From the human T2T-CHM13v2.0 reference genome, Homo sapiens: a stretch of 64,000 nucleotides of DNA. Below, piece by piece: positions 56,901 to 64,000 of this stretch. Positions within the stretch are counted from its first letter, which is position 1, and each line of letters starts with the position of its first letter. The notes under the pieces are model-generated. The model was not told the DNA's origin, ran no database searches, and was given only the letters and a program-made list of their open reading frames with translations. Made by a program: the position numbers and the translations under genes. The stretch lies in the NCBI RefSeq assembly GCF_009914755.1, contig NC_060929.1; one strand, given 5' to 3'.

Positions 56901-58345
56901 CCTGTTACATATGTTGGTGTGGAATAACTTGTGTGGCCACGACCAGGTAAGGTGCAGGTATCTAATTTGGAGTCATGATTGGGCACTGGCCAAGTAATGA
57001 TAACTGTTAACATCGGCTGGACTAAAAAGACCAAAACTTGGGTGGAAAAGTCTTACTACTTCTTACTCATGGTTAAGTCTTCTCACATAACCAGTAGTTG
57101 GCTGTACTTTGGTTTTCATTCTAATCGTACCCCATCTCTCCAAAGTGGGAAAGAAGAGTTGAATGAGTATAACTTGATAATGATATGAAAAATTCAGTGG
57201 TCTGAGATAGAAAGGTGATGTGTTGTGACAATTCTTTCAACAATATTGGGAACTGGATTAGGAGTGAAGGATCATGAAACTAGCAGCTATTATAATTCAC
57301 AGATGCATTTCACTCCAGAAATAGGATATTCCAAGCTCTTTCCGTGCTTACTTAGTTCTTTATAGATTTTCAGTTTTAGCAGAGAGTATTTGCCAATCAT
57401 ATGGCACCATCATATGCTTGAAATGAGAAAAACACCATTTGGGGACAACTGGACTCAAGAGAATTAACATGTTTCCATGCTGTCAATATTACTAAGAAGG
57501 AGTCAGACATTCCTTACACAATATCTTCTTTCTATACTTTTTATTTTAAGTAGATACACTGATCTGTGTAATGTTTCTAATTCCAAGTCTGTGTAAATAA
57601 AAAAGGAGAAGTGGATTGGATAGCAGGTCATACATAGAGAACAACATGACTCTCTAAGTAGCAGGTCATACTCAGAGAACAGTATGCCTCTTGTTTTATT
57701 TACCTCTTTTCAAATAAGTAAAACAGCCTCTGTTTTCTTCTCTTTTCCTCTCTGACATTCTGGTAAGTTTAGTATCCATTATTCAAACAACTATGGCTAA
57801 AAACAAAGTTTAACATTTTTTGTATCTAATTGGAAAACAATGAAGCGTTCTCATTACATGATGATAATAAACAACACTCTGGGCTTGTTCTTTCCTAACT
57901 TCATTTCTTATTTGAACAAACATCCTTTCTGCACCCCAGTAATTGTTCACGTAAACCATAGTTCATTTCTTTAGTTCAAGTCCAGGAACCAAACTTTGTT
58001 TGCAAAAGTGCTCTAATCTTTACTGAGTACAGTTGGCAAACAATTTCATTTTGTGTGTACTAAGAAGGGTGCAAGGTTGGAAATGAGGGATGTGAGGCTA
58101 CAGACTGGATAGCAGTGGACATTTTTTCTGAGGTAATGACTTTAATAATCCTACACTTGACAGAAAGGGCAAGACAGAATATAAAGGTGACAGTTCTAAG
58201 CTTTATTATTCCCCTGAATTTTGGCAATTACTTTAGCTCTTGTAATCAGTCATTACACTTACCATTTTATCTCTAAAGCCATAGATTGAAAATACTTATA
58301 CACATCCACTAATCTCTATATCAATGGTATCAAGCAGATGGTAGA

Positions 58346-58826
58346 TTGTGTAAGTTAGGATTAGTATCAACTGCATGTAACAGACAAATTCAGAACAACA
58401 GTGACTTAAACAAGATTGATGTCTCTTATTTCTCTCTCACACAAACAGAATACAAAAGTAGGCAGTCCAGAACTGATAAGGTGGCTCCACTGAGTTGTCA
58501 GGAACCCAAGATCCTTCCATGTCTCTGTTTTATCATCCCTAACTGTGGCTTCTGTCCCTAAAAGCCCCCCAAAGCCTCCAAATCACATTTATAGACTGGG
58601 GAACAAATGAAGGAGACTCTCCATTAAGGGATTTTTCCCTGGAACTCCATTTAACCATTATATCTACATCTCATTGGCTGAAACTTAATGACAGCTAAGA
58701 GGGCTGCAAGAAAGGCTGAAAAATTGTGCCTTTTGCTAGGTAGTTACACACCCAGCTAAAGATGTGGTCTCCTATGGCCAAGAAGCAAAGCATAGATAAT
58801 GGAAGTTAGCTAGCAGTCTCTGTGCA
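58346..58826 (-). mobile_element. MLT1J-like MaLR LTR
   Basis: CTGCATGTAACAGA, CAGTGACTTAAACAAGA, CATCTCATTGGCTGAAACTT. Confidence 0.7.
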
Positions 58827-60589
58827 GAATATTGCAGTAGATTCTAAGGGTAGAAAGAAATTGAAAGGAGCCTGTGAAATAACACCTAGCCTTTCAGAAA
58901 CCTATATTTATCTTCTCTAAGTTTATTATTTCTATAAGTAAATGCAGGTTAGCAGGTTATATTATTAAATTCATGTATTGATAATGTAGCAGTTGCAAAA
59001 ACTGATTATAGAAAGTGGAGGACATAAGAGAATTAAGTCAGGAAGTTAGCTTTTCTACTCTTCTCAGACCACCCATCTGCTGATCCTCAGGAAGTTACAT
59101 GCCATGATAGTGTGAGCATTATGCACATATCACCACGTCCTGACACCTCTACAAACAAAAGGCAAGTGCATATGCAAAGAGAGGGTAATTTGAGGTATAG
59201 GGGAGACCCAGACATTGTCATAGCAAAATAGATGACTCCAGAACTGCTGCTCGGTTGAAGAAAAACTCTATTAAGTTCTAGATGACTTAAGAGAAAGCAT
59301 ATATTTAGAATAACCTATGTAGGAAATGAAATTATGCACAATACTATGATAAAAATGAGTCCATGAGTGCTGAAGGGGCACAGGAAACACATACACAAAG
59401 GTAGGACTCAGTGAAGAAAAGCCTGGGGAGAGAGAGTATTGAGGGTCTAGTTGAATGAAGGTCCCAGCCAAGAAGCCATGTGGAGGATTCCAGCTGGCTG
59501 AGAGGGTACTGGTAGTTCGTTCTCTCCTCACAACGTTAGTTTCAAACACCTCTTAGGGCTTAGAAGAAAAAAGTGTGCAATTTAATCACCTATTACTCCA
59601 GAAATAGTTGAAGCAAGAATCGGAATCACATCTATCATCCCATAAAAGCCAAATAATGAAATTTTAAATGGAAACTAAGAGCAGAAACGCAGACACCCAC
59701 TTGTAGATCGCAGAAAGAACACCTCTCTTGGGGTATTTTGTTCTTTGCCCTGGCTGTAAGGGAATCCCAGGTCAAGTCCACACGTGGAGCTCACTGTGGT
59801 CAGGTAGCCCTGGGTGACCTAAGTCTTCTCAGGGATCTTTGTGAAACACGCAACCCTATTAACTTTACAGTTTTATTTAGTCTCACTCTAAGGGGTGGAT
59901 CAGTCTTTCTGACTGACCTGAGACAACCCCGTGCAGCTGTGGCCTTGACAAAATTCTCAGTTATCCCTCTGGCAAGGACAGAAATGAAATCATGAAAGGA
60001 TTAAAAAAATTCCTTTTTCTCTAAGATTGCAAAGTCCCCTCAGATGGTTGAATGGAGAGCAGATAAGGAGAATGCGTGAGAAGCACTTTTCCTCAGACCT
60101 CAGCCTTCCTGTAGCCCAACCCAACAGCATTTTACCCCTAGGATTATAAAGAGAATGACTGGGGAATTAGACCAGCAGTATTATTAGCAATATACTAGGA
60201 GGCACAGCCCCCATTTCTACCTCAGGATCTGAAGTACCTTTGATACATCTTCTGGTTTCTTGGGCTTTGTCCTATTCTGATAACAAGTGCAGGCACAATT
60301 CGAGAGGCTTGATGTATCACACTTCTTAAACCTCTTCAATGTGGCTGGCCAAAAACAACACTTGACCATCCTTTTTCTTCCCCTTGAAGGTGCTGTAGGG
60401 CTGTATTTGGAACACTTAGGGGTTCTGGGAGCCACCAGTGGTCCTTGCAAAGAGAAACTAGGGAACAGGGATGTTCTCAGCTGTGAGGATCTGTGAAGGG
60501 TATTCTCCTAGCCTTCTACTTGGTAAAATGTCATAGAGATGCATAAAAGGGAGACAAGCAAGGCTCTTCAAACTGTTTATGGAAAAGCA

Positions 60590-60990
60590 CAATATTCATG
60601 TATTAAATTAACATCTGATGATGCCCGTCTTAATCAGGCATTAAACCAGGAACTAGAGATACAATGGTGAACAAGACAAATAGGGTACAATGGTGAACAA
60701 GACAAATAGGGTCTCCCCCACAGTGGCACTTACATTCTCAAGGAAGAACAAATTTTGGACAACCGAATTCATAAGTTAATTATTTAGTTGCAGGGATGCT
60801 AAACTACTACAAGGAAGTGCTAAGTTTTACAGAGTGTATTACAAGGGCATTCACCCAGCATGTGGTTCAGGAAAGGCTTTCCTGAGGTTGTGTTTTGGGG
60901 TTTAAGCTGATATCTGCAGGAGCTTACTAGCAAAGAGGGTACTCCTGTCAGAGGAAAAAGCAACGGCAAGGCCCCAAGGAAGAGGATAGA
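60590..60990 (-). mobile_element. L2 3' fragment
   Basis: GGAACTAGAGATACAATGGTGAACAAGACA; TCAGGAAAGGCTTTCCTGAGG. Confidence 0.7.
60660..60711. repeat. Perfect 26-bp tandem duplication
   Basis: TACAATGGTGAACAAGACAAATAGGG x2. Confidence 0.97.
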
Positions 60991-61310
60991 GCATTACCAC
61001 GAGAAAGAAAAACAGCAAATCTAGAACCCAGTGAGCAGAGAGCCTTCCTCCATTGGGCTGAGGCTGGCAGGCCATCTTAAGGATTTCCACATCCCATGGA
61101 GAAAAAGAATTGCAAAAGCTTCCAGATAGGGAAAGGAGTATTTCGAGCTCTCCTTCTTAGATTTTGCTCTTTAGCTTCTGATTTAACATCTCTAGCTGAT
61201 GAATTTCAAATTTTTAAGGCAAACTAAGGAAAATCAAACAAATATTTAAGCTTTGTGTAAAATTAGATTCTTTTTGTTTTTCTGAGAGAAAATATTTACT
61301 TATTTATCTT

Positions 61311-61512
61311 CTTTTTTAAACTTTTATTTTAGGTTCAGGGTACGTGTTCAGGTTTGTTATATAGGTGTCATGGGGGTTTGGTGTACAGATTACTTTATCA
61401 CCCAGGTAATAAGCATAGTACCCAATAGGTAGATAGGTACTCTCCTCCTACCCTTCACCCTCAAGTAAGCCCCAGTGCTGCTCTTCCCTTCTTTGTGTCC
61501 ACATGTACTCAA
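61311..61512 (-). mobile_element. Older L1PA 3'-end fragment
   Basis: TTTTATTTTAGGTTCAGGG...CCCAGGTAATAAGCATAGTACCCAATAGG. Confidence 0.85.
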
Positions 61513-62039
61513 TTAAAACTAAATTCTTAGATAATTAACAAGCAAATGTCCAGAAATGTAATAATTAATGTTTTATCTGATTTAATACATCTATAATTCA
61601 GTAGATTTGGCCTTGGCACTTGAACTCATTTACCTCTAAACCCGTATGCAGATATGTTAACCTCCTGATTCATATCCATTCACACTTTCTGCATAAAGCA
61701 TCAAATGCGTGCTAATTTTGAATAGTGAAAGAAAAACAGATTCTCCTGGATCAAGGAATAACTCTATTGGGAACGCAGAAACTTATTGATGAAAAAGTAA
61801 AGTACTCTCTTGCTGCAAAATTGGATATCACCCTTTCACCCTGATCAAAGTATGGAGACATCAAATCCATCTAAAAAAGGTAAAAAGTAAGGTTAAAAAA
61901 GAATGTACCCGCAAAGACTTTCAACTCTTAGTCTACTTAAAAATTTCTCAGTCTACTATTCCTGAAAATGTAAGCACTTGAGACTTAAAAGAGCTTATAT
62001 TTCTTTTTCCAACTCCCATGCATCTAGAATGATAAGATG

Positions 62040-62400
62040 GTAGGGCTGTTTTGCTTACTGCGACACAGGCTTTTAGCTAATTTCCAAATTCAATTCCTCC
62101 TCTTCTTGGGAACACAGCCTGACTACACTTCACATTGCAGTCATGTGTGCCCAGTGGAATAAGAATGGAAGTGATGTAGGCCATTTCTAGGTCTGGCCCA
62201 TAAAACTTCCCCAAAAGGCCATTCTTTGTATTCCTTTTGCCTTCATCAGCTTAATGAAAATAAGCATGGTGACCTTAGAAATTACATGATAAAGATGATG
62301 GAGCCATAAGACAGGGAAAGCCTGGGTCCCTGCATCAAAGCTTGTCAAAAAGTAGCCCACCTATCAGACACCTGCTGCTTAGGGCTCTGACTTTTACTTC
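62040..62400 (+). mobile_element. Old MaLR LTR (MLT1I/J2-like)
   Basis: GGAAGTGATGTAGGCCATTTCTAGGTCTGGCCCATAAAAC; AAGATGATGGAGCCA..GCCTGGGTCCCTG. Confidence 0.6.
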
Positions 62401-63046
62401 ATCATTCATTTTTGGCATATAACTTTTTTCTCAGAGCTCTGCTGTGATTTAAACTTTATGCTTTGTTCCAGCTGTATAGTTTATTGTAATTTCTATGTAA
62501 TTATATTACGAAGATATCACATATTAGTTCCCCATGTTGCTGGAACCAGAACTATAATAATATGTACATTATTAGTGCCCTAATAAGTAGCAAAATCAAT
62601 ATTTAAGAGGTAGTTTTGGATCTTGCAGTGCCTCTTGTCATCACTATAAGCTATCATATTTCATTGTACCTGTTAGAATTGGAATCTCTGGTTAGTTGTT
62701 GGATGACTTCGGCTTCTTACTTATAAATATTGTGGATTGGCCTGATTATCCACCTTAAGGGAGGGCATTTCCACTTAGAGTACAACATATTCAAGTGATC
62801 TATCTAACCTTCCCAAGTGAGACAAACCTCCAAAATTTTAATATTACTTGGTAATTTACAATAGTGGGAGAAATTGCACAAGAAAAAGTGTAGGCATTTA
62901 GGAAAAAAGAGCAGTGTGGAAGTTGGTAAAGCAAGAGAGGAATTGTTCTACAGGAGGGTGTAGTATAGTGGCTAGGAGTCAGACATCCTGAATTTACCAT
63001 TTAGCTGTGTAACCTTGGGCAAGCTATTAGCTCTCTCTGAACATAA

Positions 63047-63638
<592 letters not shown>

Positions 63639-64000
63639 CAAGTTTCTTATCTATAAATAGAGAATGATATTAACTATCTCATAAATTGTAATTTGGAAAA
63701 GTGAGATAATACATGTAGATTACTTAACACAGAGCCTGAAACAAAGCAAGCACTGAATATATGCTATATATGACTATTTAAAATTACTCTAGAAGTGGAT
63801 GGGGAGGAAAAATGGCAAATGTGCTTGGTTGAAAGCTCCTAAAAAGGCAGCTTGCCAGCCCTCCTTGGAGCCCAAATCTGTTATCCAATCATCCAGTCCA
63901 CTGCCTTAGCTGACTTAGGACACTTCAAATCTGGCCTCCCACTCTGTAATTAAGGGCCATGAAAACCCACAAGGTCATAGTGGCAAAACTGGGCCAGCTC

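Overview
Primate (human-like) non-coding genomic DNA, intronic or intergenic, dominated by interspersed repeats: Alu/FAM, L1 of several ages, L2, MIR, MaLR/ERV LTRs (MLT1, MLT2, MST, two full-length THE1, MER52, LTR12C, a MER67-like LTR) and DNA transposon relics (MER1B, MER2, MER5, MER58A). I see no intact protein-coding gene, RNA gene, CRISPR array or prokaryotic-type system. The provided ORFs are repeat-derived or chance ORFs; the only recognisable protein remnants are broken L1 ORF1p/ORF2p. The most notable items are (i) an unexplained ~580-bp polyadenylated, 3'-UTR-like retrocopy inside a full-length old L1, (ii) a CpG-rich solo LTR12C with an intact CCAAT array but altered TATA-like and polyA hexamers, (iii) an L1 with a twin-priming 5' inversion, (iv) tail-to-tail inverted Alus about 15 bp apart, (v) several perfect short hairpins and tandem duplications that suggest template switching, and (vi) multi-layer nested insertions with readable TSDs. 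I cannot support a claim of a new biological system. Subfamily names come from recalled consensus sequences, boundaries of old repeats are approximate, and all need RepeatMasker/Dfam confirmation.
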